A stretch of DNA of 64,000 nt, taken from NCBI GenBank assembly GCA_050084985.1, contig JBITNC010000001.1, positions 50,592,001-50,656,000 on the forward strand. The letters run 5' to 3'. The notes under the pieces were generated by a model. It ran no database searches, was not told where the DNA came from, and saw nothing but the letters and a program-made list of their open reading frames with translations. The translations under genes and the position numbers were made by a program. Source of the stretch: Nageia nagi. Taxonomy: Eukaryota > Plantae > Pinophyta. Below, in pieces: positions 51,509-64,000 of the stretch (position 1 is its first letter; each line of letters starts with the position of its first letter).

Positions 51509-53820
51509 CTAGTGCCTTGAGATGACCATCCGCCTCTCATGGACGATGGGATGCCCTACCTTCAGCAAGCTGAGATCATCGACATCAAGATGTTCCTGCA
51601 GCAAATTATGAGCTTCTGCCAATATTGCCTCTTTCTTTCTCACATTGTTGTCCTCCCCTTGGAACTTGAGTTGATAGACATATTCACTCATCTGTTCCTC
51701 GACCTCCTTTCTCAAGGGGATTCTAATTTTCAAGGCCGTATTGCACTTTTCAAGTGCGTGGTTCAACCAATCATGATGATAGGTGAACTCGTGGTAGTAG
51801 ACTAGTTTTTTTGGACTGACAACGTAAATATGCTGCAAATGGGAGACGTTGGGAAGATGACCATTCATGGTGCCAAGGTGTGCTGAAATTTGTGCTTTGA
51901 GATCCTTGATTTCTACACCTTCAGCAAGGAGCTTGTAAATTCGAGAAGACAATCTCTTGATGGCCTCCATCACTTCCTTCTTCAGCTGCTCCTTCATCAC
52001 TTCCCATCCCTCATGGAAGGAGGTCTGCTTCTGCATATCCAAGGGGGTGGTACTGACCTTTTGGAACCCCTTGATGATTTTCCTGCTAGCCGTGAGTTCT
52101 CTTTTCAATCTTTTCACCTCCTTTTTGGCTTCCTAGCCTTCCTGCTCCATGACTACAGCATTCTACGTGACTATGTGTTTCTGGGTTGTCAATCCCAGCT
52201 TCACGGGCATCTTGAATGCCTCAAGGATGCAATCCTCTGCTCTCCAAGGGTGTTTCTCCTTCAAATAACAATGGCTGATGGAGATTTCTTTTCTAGAAGT
52301 GGAGATAAAAGTGTCAACCTTTTGAATCTTCTCATCGTCTGAGAGTTCTTCTTCCTCATCCTTAGAGCACAGGTCCTCATCTATATCTTCATCACGAGTC
52401 GTGCTCATGCTAAGGGCTCTAAGGCAGGCATCTAGGTCAAGATCTGGACACTCGATTGCTGGATGAGGAAGAAATATCTAAACCAACAGTCATCCTTTGT
52501 CAATTTTCTTGACCTCTTTCACTGGAGTGGTCTGAGCGATGGTGATCTCCTTACCTTAGTGCTCTTCCTGCATTCTTTTCTTCTTCTGTTCCGCAGTCTC
52601 TCCTTCATCTTCTTCATCTCCTCCATTACCGCCTATAGATATACCCTTGTTCCGCAGCTAGGGAGATCTCTCATGGCTCGTCCTCTTTGTGGAGGGCTTA
52701 TGAGACGTGGAAGGGGACTTCTTCCTATGCTCAGCAGGAGAGGGTTTGGAAGCACCTGCTTCTTTGGCACATTTTGCTGGTGGCACATTTTGCTCCAACG
52801 ATCTGGACATCATCATCATATGTTCCAACGTCCACTATCTCGTTATCATCTGAGAAAGTTTCAATCTCTGTCTCATGGGGTCCAAAGGCACCTACAGCTA
52901 CATCCTCTTGCTCAGGAACACCGATAGCACCATCATCATCTTCTTCTTCTTAACTTTCGCCATGTCTTTCCAATTCTTCTCCAGAATCTTCCACTGTACG
53001 GCCAGGCTCCTCGTTAGTTTCTTCATCAAAAGAAGAAGTGGAACGTTCAGAATTGGAACACGTTCAGAACTAGAACTAGAACTTGGTTGTAAAGGGGGAA
53101 CTTTCTCCTGCATCCAAGAGAATAAGTAAGTCTGGAAGGGACTTCCTTGGTCGGTGAATCACTAGCACAAGCTTCATCCACTACATCATCTAGCACGTCT
53201 GAGGGGAGAGCATGATAGCCAACATCCTTAAAGATCTGCCACCACCAGGCTACGCTTGCTAGGACCTGGGATGAATCCCCTCGAAGCCTCTTGCCTCTTC
53301 CGAACAAGGAGCAAGGGTTTGTTGCCTAGTAGAGATGTAGGGGAGAGCATGATAGCCAGCATCCTTAAAGATCTACCACCACCAGGCTACGCTTGCTAGG
53401 ACCTGGGATGAATCCCCTCAAAGCCTCTTGCCTCTTTCCAACAGGGAGCAAGGGTTTCTTGCCTGGTAGAGATGTAGTTCAAGCAAGAGAAGGAGACGAC
53501 TTGATCCTGAGAGAGACCTCCCTTGATCTGGGCTTTGTAGTTCGAGGTCTTTGAGGTGGCTTTTCTGCTTGGAGGGGAACCTTTTTCTTGCTCTGGAGAG
53601 CATTGTTGTGATGCTTTTCTTTCCCTTGGCAACACTCTGAAGATCACGTGGACTTATGAGCCGCACAACAACATAGTTGGGAATGTGTTACCAATTCCCC
53701 TATTTGAAAAGGCCTGGGTACCTCCAAGGCCCTTGTTGAAACACCTTGCCCAGCAACCCCAACATTGTGACGTTGTAAGGTATGTCCACCAGGTGTGTTT
53801 TCTGAATAGGGATAGATGAA
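51509..53820 (-). pseudogene. Decayed charged/coiled-coil ORF within the 11.6-kb element
   Basis: Several adjacent E/K-rich minus-strand frames (e.g. 51509-52117, 52163-52408); 137-bp tandem duplication at 53204-53477. Confidence 0.55.
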
Positions 53821-55599
53821 AGACAATGCGGTATCCCTCTTTGGAATCAGCCTTAATGGAATGGAATGAGAGGTAGCAATGTGTTAACCAATGTTGTTTT
53901 ATTTGATGTATACAGTTTATTCAAAATATTTGTGTGTGGACTTAACAATTGTATTTGGTTTTGAAAGCATAAATAAAGCATAATAAAATACTGTAAAGTG
54001 AGAGACTACACTTGTGAAACGGAAATAGATACTTGGTCAGATACCAAACGAGTCAGCATGATGAAGCATTCTCTAAAAAGTTCATCCTTTTTTTATCAGT
54101 TTAGGGATTTCATCCAATTCATCCAGCTTTGCGAACAAACAACTATGTTCGAGTTGTTCCAAAGAGGAGCAGGTTGGAATGCCGATTGTCGATACTCTGC
54201 AAGCAGGACCGATGCAACCAAATGGACGTGGTGGAAGGATGTGAGAAGAACAAGAGTTTGGATGTAAACCTCTAGTTTGATGTCATAAAATAGGAAACAG
54301 ATTCAAAATACCTCATCTAGCGTGTGTTATGAACCAAGCAATTATCAAAGATTGATTTCCAACACTTTAAAGAATAAAGCAATGATACATTCCCTGAAAC
54401 TCTCGAGTTTTCGAAGGAAGGACACAAAAGTATTAAATGAGAAATGATAATAAAAGAGTTGTGCAAGGATACATCAATTTGCTCCTCTTTTGCATAAGTC
54501 TCACTTTTTTCACAAAATGAGCTCTTGTGAAAATGAGACCCCATGCCACTTATTTATAGGCAAAATTAGGTCAAATTCTCAAGTGTTGCCCTAATTTCTA
54601 GAAAAACACTAAAATACTAATTTAAATGCTAAATTGAGATTCCAATATCGTTTAATTGGAGAACAATACTCAGTCCATTAAAATATGCTCGAAATAAAAT
54701 ATTTACAAAAATTGATGTCCTCTAGCATAGATTTCGAGGCATTCTGCATCGATTTGGCAAAATTAGGAGCTTCAAATCGCCATTCTAGATTTGTTTGTCA
54801 GTCTTTTGAGCTCCCTCTTTCTTCAATCTAGATTTTCCCTTGATGTGATCGTTTTGGCAAATTTTGAAGGAATTTTCAGAAAATTTTCCAAAAAAGTGAA
54901 TTTTTGATTTTTTTTTCGGAAAAGAGGGGGGGTTCGAAATTTGGGAAATTTTTAAAAAGTGGATTTGACCCATGGATGGATGAAGTATGGGATTTTGAGG
55001 TTCTTGGGAAGTTTAGAGAGGATTTGGAGCCTTTTTGCATCGAATTTGGGGCTTTTTCATGAAGGGGCATTTTGGAGGCTCAATAAGGTGTTTTCTATTT
55101 TTAGAAGTTTTCCATTCATTCCTAATGTTGAGAAGAAAAGGCCAAGGGTGAGAAAATTTGGAAAATGAGTGCCTATGCATTTCAGGCAAGATTTTCCTCT
55201 TTTTTTTCAAAAATTTCAAAGGCCAAAGTGCTTGAATACTTATTCCACACATGATCTCCAAATTTTTTTTTTAAAAGTGAAGATTTTCAGCATTTGGATC
55301 TTGAGAATTTTTTGTGTCTTTCTTCACTTTTTTGGATCCAAATCACTTTTCTTCCCAATCAAAATGGGTACCCAAATCAATCATCAAAATTGATTTCTAA
55401 AATTTTGGATCTTAAGTCACAATTTGAAGATTTGAAGTTTTCTCTTTTTTCTGATTTTCTCCATTTTGGGAGGGCAAATCCATGATTTGAGGAGTTTTTC
55501 TTGTCCAAATCATGCACTTGGAAGACCAAAATGGTGGAGAATTGAATTTTGCACCCCATGAAGCTCACAAATTACACTTTTGATAACTTTTAAGTCCCT

Positions 55600-57200
55600 T
55601 TGATGCTGGGCGCAGGTTTTAGGAGTTTTAGGGAAGTTCTGAAAAATGGGATTTTGAGGGAAAACTCTTAAAACTCCCCCCCAACTTTTTGGGAGGCAAA
55701 ACTTAATTTTTTTGCAATCTTGCAAGAGGCAAAGATGCTTAGAATTTGATTTGCCACCCTACCTTTCTTTCCAATTTTGATTTTGAGAATTTTGAAAAAC
55801 TTGGAAAATTTTCAAGCTCTCCCATTGGCTGATCCAAATTTTGTCATTTTGGGGGAGTAGATCCACTTTTTTCAAAAAACTTGAAACATGAATGAGATGC
55901 AAAATTGGATATCTCATGCCTTTACAATCAAATTTTTCAATTTTTTAGCAAAAAAGGAGGCTTGCATGCTAGGTGCTGGTTTTGAGGGTCTTGGCATGTT
56001 TTTGAGAAATTTGAAAAATGAGGTAAACATGCCAAAACTGCCGCCTAGCTTTTTGAAGAGATAAATTTGGTTTTTTTGCAACATTACAAGAGGCGATGTC
56101 GATCTCCTTGGAATTTTGCATCCTACCTTTCTTTCCAATTTTGATTATGAAATTTTTTTGAAAAATTTTCAAGCTCTCCCATTGGCTGATCCAAATTTTG
56201 TTATTTTGGAGGAGTAGATCCACTTTTTTCAAAAAACTTGAAACTTGAAAAAGATGCAAAATTGGATTTTCCATGCTTCTAGGATAATTTTTTTTTTTTT
56301 TTGAGCAAAAAGGAGGCTTGGAGGCTAGGGCTAGTTTTGAGAGTCTTGGCATGTTTATTGGAATTTGGAAAATATGGGAAACATGCCAAAACTGCCGCCT
56401 AGGAAAAGGAGGGGCAAAAATTGGTTTTTTTGCAAATTTTTAAGAGGCAACATTGGTCTCCTTCAAATTTGCTACCCTACCTCACTTTTATTTTTTTATT
56501 TGGCCAACTTTGAAAAATTTAGAAAACTTTTGGAGCTCTCTCATTGGCCAATTGAATTTCGATGATTTGAGGAAGTAGATCTCATTTTCTTGCAATTTTA
56601 GGGCACAAGAAAGGTAGGCGCAGGTTTTGAGGTATTTAGGGCATTCTCCAAAATTAAGAATTTGCGGGAAACAAGGCAAAACCAACGCCTAACTTTAGGA
56701 GGGGAAAAAATTGAATTTTTTTTAAAATTTCAAGACGAAAGGTGCCTAATTTTTTATTTTCCACCCTACCTCACTCTTAGATTTTCATTTTGACACTTTT
56801 GGAATTTTAGAAAACTTGGAGCATTCTCATTGGCTGTCCTTTTGCTCATTTTCCTGTTTTTCTCACTTTCGATGGGGCATACATACTTTGCAATAGAGAT
56901 AGGCATACATACATACTCATCGAAATTGCTAACTTGAAAGACCAATTTGATGTAGAATCACGATCCCCACGCTCTTGAGCTCAAAAATTGCCATTTCGGA
57001 TCAATCTAGGCCCTCCAAAAGGTAGGCGCAGGTTTTGAAGAGAATAAGCCATTTTTCAAAATTTGACTGAGGGAAAACTCACAAAACTCCCCCCTAACCT
57101 TTCGGGGGTCAAAACTTGAGTTTTTTCGAAATTTCCAAGAGTAGAGTGGCCTTAATTTGTCATTTGGCACCACACCTCTCTCTCAGATTTTCATTTCAAG
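55600..57200. repeat. Diverged ~300-360-bp tandem repeats
   Basis: ctacctttctttccaattttgatt at 55759 and 56123; related ctacctcact at 56477 and 56766. Confidence 0.8.
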
Positions 57201-57819
57201 CACTTTGAAAAAACTAACTTTTCGGACTCAACGGGTGCTCATACTTGTTTTTCTCATTCATCCCGGGCTATATTGCACATTCCTGACCTTTCCCATCTTT
57301 TACGAACACTTCCAAGCTTAAATGATGAGAAAATGATCATTTCCAACATTTCGAGCTTAAAGTCTACATCTTCGACCTTTTCGGACTTAAGATATGTAAA
57401 AATGCTCATTTTCGGCATTTCCGAGCATTTTGAGCTCAATCTTGCAATTTTGGTCAATTATGAGCTTTTCAGGTTCAAATTGTGCAAAAATGCACATTTC
57501 TACTACATTGACCACTCCCAGGCTCAAAATTGACCAAAACACGCTTTTCCGTGCTACCGACCATTTTTTGGCTCTCCAAGCTCAAAATTGACAAAAATGC
57601 ACTTTTTGGCTGTAGATGCCCTTTCGAGCTCAATTTGTACAAAACGCGCATTTTCGTTATCTTAACTGTATCCACTACTCCCAAGCTCAAACTTGACGAA
57701 AAACGCACCTTTGTTGCTCAAACTTGCCAAAACAACCCCATCCTTGCTGACCCCATCTTAGAGCCAAGAAATTTGTGCTCTGTTAATAGCTCTCAAATCT
57801 TGGTTCCTTGGCTGCAAAA

Positions 57820-59421
57820 CTGACTGCTGGATACTTTGATACTCTTCAGGGTCTTTGTCGCATGATCTCCTTGAACTGCTCCCTGATATCATGTTTGCAC
57901 TCTTCAAACTGAACTATTCGTCACCCAAAGCCACTCTCAAGGCAATGCACATTATTGCCTTTGCAAAAATAGGATTCCCAAAATGCTGCATCTTGGGGTG
58001 TGTTGTGCAGGCACAACAAGCATGTATTCGTGCAATCTCCTCCTCATCCTGCATGTTCCTATACCTCTCCTCATTCCCCAAAGACTTATGAGAAAATGCG
58101 ATAGGCTTGTGAAATGCAATGTCATAGAAACGAGCAATTACACCCTTAGGATCATAGTTTCTCGTAGCCGCCTCCTTGGAAAAGGCATACTGCTGCAACT
58201 CCTTCATGTTGGCTGTCTCCAACCACGTCTGGCATACATACTTTGCAATAGAGATAGGCAAATTGATTGTTGCATTCTTCTTTTTCCAAACTTTCTCCTT
58301 CAAGAACAAAAGCTGCCTAGCAAACTCCATAAGGATCAGCCTGTCACTGGCGTATCTTGGCAGGAGTAGGGGTCGCTCCTCTGAGCCATAGACTCTGATG
58401 TATGTACGGTCAGCATATTGCAGAAAAAAATTCGTTATGTATGCTGATGGCTTGGATAGCTACATTAGAAATCTTCTTCACCACGGATTCCCCTTTCTAT
58501 CTTTGTAGATATCATACTCCCAATGATCATTCCTTTCGCAGAAATGCTGGAACTTGTTCTGATACCACCACTTTGGATAGGCTCGCGACACAAGGGTGTT
58601 CTTTTGTCCCAAATGTCTCTCGTCAGTCAATTCATTGGATATAACCTTATCATGCAATAACAGGTACACAAGATAAAAGTACATATAGAATCTCTTCGAG
58701 GAACCAAAATATGCTAATTGATGGCATAGGGCATCACTAATTATTCCAACCCATCGGATAGCTCTCCTCGAGCTGATAACTGCAATGAAGCCCGTGAAAT
58801 CCCTTCGGTACTTAGTGTCATTCTCCTAACCAGTGACCCTTGACAAGATGGTGATCAGCTTAGCCACAACAAGCAGGAACTCTCTCCACGCTAACCAACC
58901 TCCGGCCTTGAAGATTCTAATAATCTTCCAACAAAGAGGGCCGAATGTAGTCTCTGGGCAGGGCTATAGAATCATGGAATTCCTCAGAGTATGCCAATGT
59001 ATAATTGTCCCCGTATCTTCTCCAACCAAAGGTTGCTTCAATCCTTACGGGGAGAAATCTATGATCACATTTCCCTCCGTGTCTCGTAGGATTCTCTTGT
59101 CATATTCACACTTCCTAGATACTTCGTAGCACAAGTCAAGAAAAGGTACTGCAAAGGGCATCATAATGGCATTGAGCAAACCACGTGTGGATGAGTTCTT
59201 TTGATAAGCCCTCCTTGTTGATGGAGGCTGTGAAGGCTAACGTCTAAATAGGGTCTAAGTTTCCCCAGTTTGTATCACCAGCAAAGAATATAATCCCCTT
59301 GAAACTCAATCAGGCTCTCTTTCGAAAGCCGGGTCATCTGGCTCTTGGTCATATGTCTTTCAAAGAGCTGGCCTTGAATCTTCCTGGCCCTTGATGGAGG
59401 TGGTCTACTACTGGAAGCCAT
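57820..59421 (-). pseudogene. Retroelement accessory ORF (plant-transposon/PMD-like, type common in gymnosperm TEs), disrupted
   Basis: MASSSR...GDTNWG...IISDALCHQL...KRFYMYFYLVYLL...TYIRVYGSEERPLLLPRYASDRLILMEFARQL; domain assignment is from memory of similar proteins, not a search. Confidence 0.6.
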
Positions 59422-60084
59422 GCAAGATGTCTGAATACCCCAAGAAAACCTGAGAAAAATCTGAACGTTGTGAAAGATGCAACGAGACAGAGTCAAACGT
59501 GCAGATTTGGGCTGTAGTACGTCTAGCACCCCTAATGATAGTTGCTTCCCCCTTTATATGAGATGCATGGAGGATGAATGCATGGCAGGGCACATGCTTG
59601 CCGCTTGTCTTCTTCTCCTCCCAACTCCTAGCATCTCACACTTGACTAGTTTCACCTTGTGATCCTGGGTGCACAGTTTTGGATGAATGCTTGAGCACAG
59701 CTTGAAAAGCATGTGACTGGGCCTAGGGTCACTTAGTCAAATTTTGGAACATAATTCTTCCCCTCAATTTTGGACGCATGGATCTGGATGAATGCTTGAG
59801 CATAGCTTGAAAAACTTGCGACTAGATTTAAGGGCTATACTAAAATGCCTTAGCTTAAAAAAAGGCTAACTGGATGCACATCCCATAAAGCACCTTATTT
59901 CTCCTTGGTGCACTATTTGAGATGAGTGCAAAAGCATGTGATAGGAATGGTGGGACTGGGGAAAGGGTGGCAAACCTGAAATGAAGTGATAAAAATGACT
60001 AAGGGTGAGGTGATATTTATAATTTTTTGGACTGCCATGTGTCACCTCCGGGTTGGTCAATCTAGGAGTCAAATGATGGAGCAA

Positions 60085-61350
60085 AAATAAGGGCGCATGT
60101 TTTAAAGGAGTGCAAAAGCATGCGACTAGCTTTAGGTACTTAGCCAATTTTCCAAGTTGACATTGAAGTCCAATTCCTAGTCGCACCGTTTTGAGAGGGT
60201 GCTAAAGCATGCATCTTAATCCTTGCACCTAGGGGTCTAGCACACTTCCCAAGACCAGAAATTCAGAAATATCTCGAAAAATGCAAGTTTGATGTAGGTC
60301 GCATGTTTTAGAGAGGGTGCTTTTCTCCCTTAGTCCCACTCTCTGCTCCAAACAAATTTGCAAACTGAAATACTAAGGCTGACTTCCTTTTATAGCCCTC
60401 TGGGTAGGACATGTGTCGCCATATGATAGGTGCGGGAGAAGGTCCAATGCATGAATTTCCACTTGTCAACAAACTGGACCCAACACTTAGCCAATTTTCC
60501 CTTCACGAATCTGGTCACATGGTTTGAGTAGGATGCAAAAGCACTCACTAAAAAGCATGCGACTAGCCTTGGTAGCCCAAAAAAAAGCTAAGTTTCTTTC
60601 CTTCTTGGTCGCATGGATTGAATAGAGTGCAAAAGGACTCATCCGAAAACATGCGACAGCTTTGTGACCTCAAAAATGACTAAGTATGAGAAACTTCTCC
60701 TTGGTCGCATGGTTTGAGTAGGGTGCAAAAGCACTCACTGAAAAGCATGCGACTAGCCTTGGTTGCCCAAAAAAAGGCTAAGTCCCTTTCCTTCTTGGTC
60801 GCATGGATTGAAGAGAGTGCAAAAGGACTCGTCCGAAAACATGCAACAACTTTGTGACCTCAAAAATGACTAAGTATGAGAAACTTCTCCTTGGTCACAT
60901 GGTTTGAGCAGGGTGCAAAAGCAGTCACTCAAAAACATGCAACAACTTTTCATGGCCCCCAAATGACTAAGTATGAAATTCCTCCTTGGTCGCATGGTTT
61001 CCAATGAGTGCAAAAGGACTCACTCAAAAACATGCGACAACTTTTCATACAACAAAAAATGCTAAGTATAGGGGGCTTTTACCTTGGTCACACCATTTTG
61101 GGTGAGTGCAAAAGGACTCACCTAAAAACATGCAACAAGCTGAAAAAACATGATTTTCCTTGCATTTTGACCAAAACGACACATATATGAATTGCAGTGA
61201 GGGGGAGACAGATTTCTGTAGTATGGAAGATCTTCAACAATGCAATGCTAAGACATGAAATGCAAGGAATAAGGATGAAAACGCAGCAAGGGGCTGGTCA
61301 CACCGTTTGAGCTGGGTGCACAAGGACTCACTCCAAAACATGCAACAAGC
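60085..61350. repeat. Array of ~12 long palindromes (gtcgcatg...gtgcaaaagcac...catgcgac)
   Basis: Alternating units forming a ~190-bp higher-order repeat at 60515-60950. Confidence 0.9.
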
Positions 61351-61535
61351 TGAAAAATGCACAATTCTGACCTAACTGGACCACAAAAGAGCAATTTAAA
61401 CATGTTTCCTGAAATTAGATCAAAACATATGCATTTCCTTTTGACACATTCCTTCCATGCATTTCCTAACTTTAATTTCGAGGGTCCTCAAAATGCAAAA
61501 ATTTTGGGGGGGTGTTGTATAGGCACAACAGGAAG

Positions 61536-61661
61536 AAAGTGGCAGAAGCAAGAAAACAGAGCAAGTGGGTTGTTATCCATAGTTGTTGGGCTTGGATTAG
61601 ATACTCCCCTCCCACGGGTTGGTCCAAGGCTTGGCCCCCCGCATCTTCAACTTCCAAATGA
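61536..61661 (+). pseudogene. LINE ORF1 3' end
   Basis: Rejoining at the TSD gives MQAQEFATAR-K-KVAEARKQSKWVVI...STSK*; the stop overlaps the ORF2 ATG (TGATG, 61659-61663). Confidence 0.85.
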
Positions 61662-64000
61662 TGCCAACTAGGAGCCCTTTCAGATCTTTCTCACTTACAG
61701 TCTCAGTTTGGAACTGAAATGGGATGCTTTGGTCTTCTCCTGGATCAGTACATGACATTATCCATCAATCCGACTTGATCCTATTTTTTGAGACACATGA
61801 GAGCTCTATTAAGGGGCTCCCCCCCTTTTCAAGATTTATGTGGATTTCTACCTTCAGGGCCTTAGGTTGTTCAGGCTTTAGTGGACATGGCTCAGGAGGT
61901 GTTGCCTTTCTAGTTAGCAACCAGTTGTTGCCAAGGATGCGTACTGAGGGGATTGATACACATGCTTGATACATTTGGATCTCCCTAGCACGACCTCCAC
62001 CACTCAGGAGATTATTTATTGTCGAATGTTACTGACCACCAACAGCGTCAAGCTATGCTATTCAAGACACAGGATAGTCCCTTTATCTTGACCTTTTCCC
62101 AGAGATCTCTTGATTCTCCACACAAGGAAGATTATGTTGTTGGGAGACTTCAACAGCAAGACCAGGAATTTACAGATCCAATACTTCGACAGTATCGCTT
62201 ATCTATTACACATCTAGGAGATTAATCACCAATTGGTTTTCTAGAGAGACTCCGCGGACTCCTTACCTCCCTTAGGCTATGGCAGATTTCTACTTGAGTT
62301 GGTCGAGACACATGATCTTCTGATTCTCAATGATATTGCTTGGTTTTTACAATCCCACCACCCCACCTACTTTCCCCATGCTGGCAGCTCCAACCTTGTT
62401 GCTTACATCCTCTCTAGTAGCCCTATTGTATCGCACATTCATGCCTTTCGTGTTGCCTCCTGCCTCCCGCTCGGAGGTCACACATACCTCACTTTCTCCT
62501 TATAGGAACACCTTTCATTGGCCCCTCCCACCGTTATACCTACACATAGAGCTCCTTGCACAATCATCCTCTTTGATCATGACTATGACCCCCTCTACAA
62601 TCATATCCTACAACAAAAACTCATTGTCTTACATTTCCTCATATCGGTTGAGGATCAGGCATTCTTTCTTACTGATGGTCTTCGTTCAGCAACTCTTCAA
62701 GCCTTCCGCACGTCATTCGCCCCCTACCTCGCCTTCGTCATCCTGGACATTGTCCGATGAACAATTGGTTTGACTCTATTTGTAAAGAATTTCATTGCCA
62801 CCTTCGTCGGTCTATGACATTGGACCCTAGGTCCCCCTCCACCACCTCTCTCCATCATTCCTCCTGTTGTCTCCTTAGGTCTGAGAAACATCATTTCTTA
62901 GCCAAAAGGAGATTAGACGTCATTTCTTCCCTCCATTTCAACCCCAAGTCCTTCTAGCACTCCTCCTTACCCAAAAAGTATACCTCATATTCCATTACTC
63001 TCTAGGCCTGGAAGGAGTACACCTCTCATCTTTACATTTTTGTTAGCCCCACCCCCCCATCCGTTTCCCTCGACCATCCACCTTGGACTTCTTCTCCCCC
63101 TCCCTCATCCATTCCGCCATAAAGAGACTTTCCTCCGGCAAAGCACCTGACATTGAAAACCTTCAAGCTGAATTCCTCAAACATGCCATTCACACCCTTC
63201 CCCCTATCCTCTCCAAGCTCTTCAATGATGTCATCTGCTCAAGCTTCCCTTCTTCCTGGACCTCCAATATCATTCATCCCATCTTCAAATCCGATGACCG
63301 CAACGATTTAAGCAATTACTGCACTATCATGATTGGTCATACCTTGGCCAAGTTATATGCCATGACCATGGAGGAGTACATTTCCTGGATGACTGACACT
63401 AGAGGGTTACGCACAATAGGCCAGATAGGATTTCGTAGAGACCACCGACCATATCTTCACTCTCAAGGCGATTATTGAGGCTAGATTCCAAAAGTCTCCA
63501 ATCTTTTGTTGCTTTGTTGATTTCAATGAAGCCTTTGACATTGTGCCCGACATAGACTCATGGATCGATTGCGGATGTTGGGTGTTCTTGAGACTGGACT
63601 AGTAGCCATTTTGACACTATATGAGACTCTCACAAGGCGTGTTCACACTACAGATGGGTTTATAGACAACATTCTTAGTACAATTGGAGTGAAGCAGGGT
63701 GCCCTCTTTCTTCGACGCTATTTGGCCTTTACAATGATGAGCTAGAGTCGATTATCCTTGAGACCGTCGACCCTACTTCGGGTTTTCGTCTTCATGGTAG
63801 CCAAGTGTTCATCCTCCTCTTTGTTGATGACATTGTGTTGCTTTCCCATTTGGTTGAGGATCTCCAAAGCTTGATAGATGCTTTATATACCTTCAATGCT
63901 AGGCAGGAGCTTATGATGAACTTTAGCAAGACTAAGGTAGTGGCTTTCAATGTTTCGAAAGCCACGATGGATTAGAACCAACTCACTTTTCACAATAGTG
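61661..64000 (+). pseudogene. LINE ORF2 (APE endonuclease + reverse transcriptase), disrupted, runs off the window
   Basis: VSVWN, FFETH, GSGGVA, LLGDFN, NNWFD, QIGFR, FVDFNEAFD, GVKQG, LLFVDDIVL; RTE-X/CR1-like clade is tentative. Confidence 0.92.

Larger units (their letters stand above)
49909..61530 (-). mobile_element. 11.6-kb solo-LTR-like insertion with internal ORFs
   Basis: Minus strand TGTTGTGCCTATACAAC...CATACCAACA; perfect TSD GGAAG (49904-49908 / 61531-61535); termini shared with the 14970 and 28247 solo LTRs. Confidence 0.88.

Noticed and set aside
58558-58570. tggtatcaga PBS-like motif on the minus strand
   Set aside because: Lies inside the ORF (KWWYQN) with no adjacent LTR end

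Overview
Eukaryotic, repeat-rich plant DNA. The giant introns and TE families suggest a gymnosperm (inference). The only host gene is a GUCD1/AtGC1-like 'guanylyl cyclase' gene on the minus strand: four small in-phase coding exons (46833-46921, 44638-44699, 4795-4867, 3422-3497), with one intron of 39.8 kb and probably another of >17 kb. Most of the intron space is nested transposons. (i) A young non-autonomous LTR retroelement (36449-42504) whose main ORF is not gag but an intact, intronless N-terminal domain of the cohesin regulator PDS5, followed by a protease remnant; the element was later rearranged by an inversion with end duplications. (ii) A gag + double-protease non-autonomous chromovirus-like element (7677-13690). 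(iii) A family of very large TG...CA solo-LTR-like units (about 2.8, 3.1, 9.5 and 11.6 kb) with shared termini; several have perfect 5-bp TSDs, arrays of long palindromes and internal ORFs. (iv) APE-RT LINEs split by LTR insertions, one preceded by an array of hairpins with conserved loops and variable stems. (v) Smaller solo LTRs and degenerate remnants. No prokaryotic features, CRISPR, rRNA or tRNA genes were seen.
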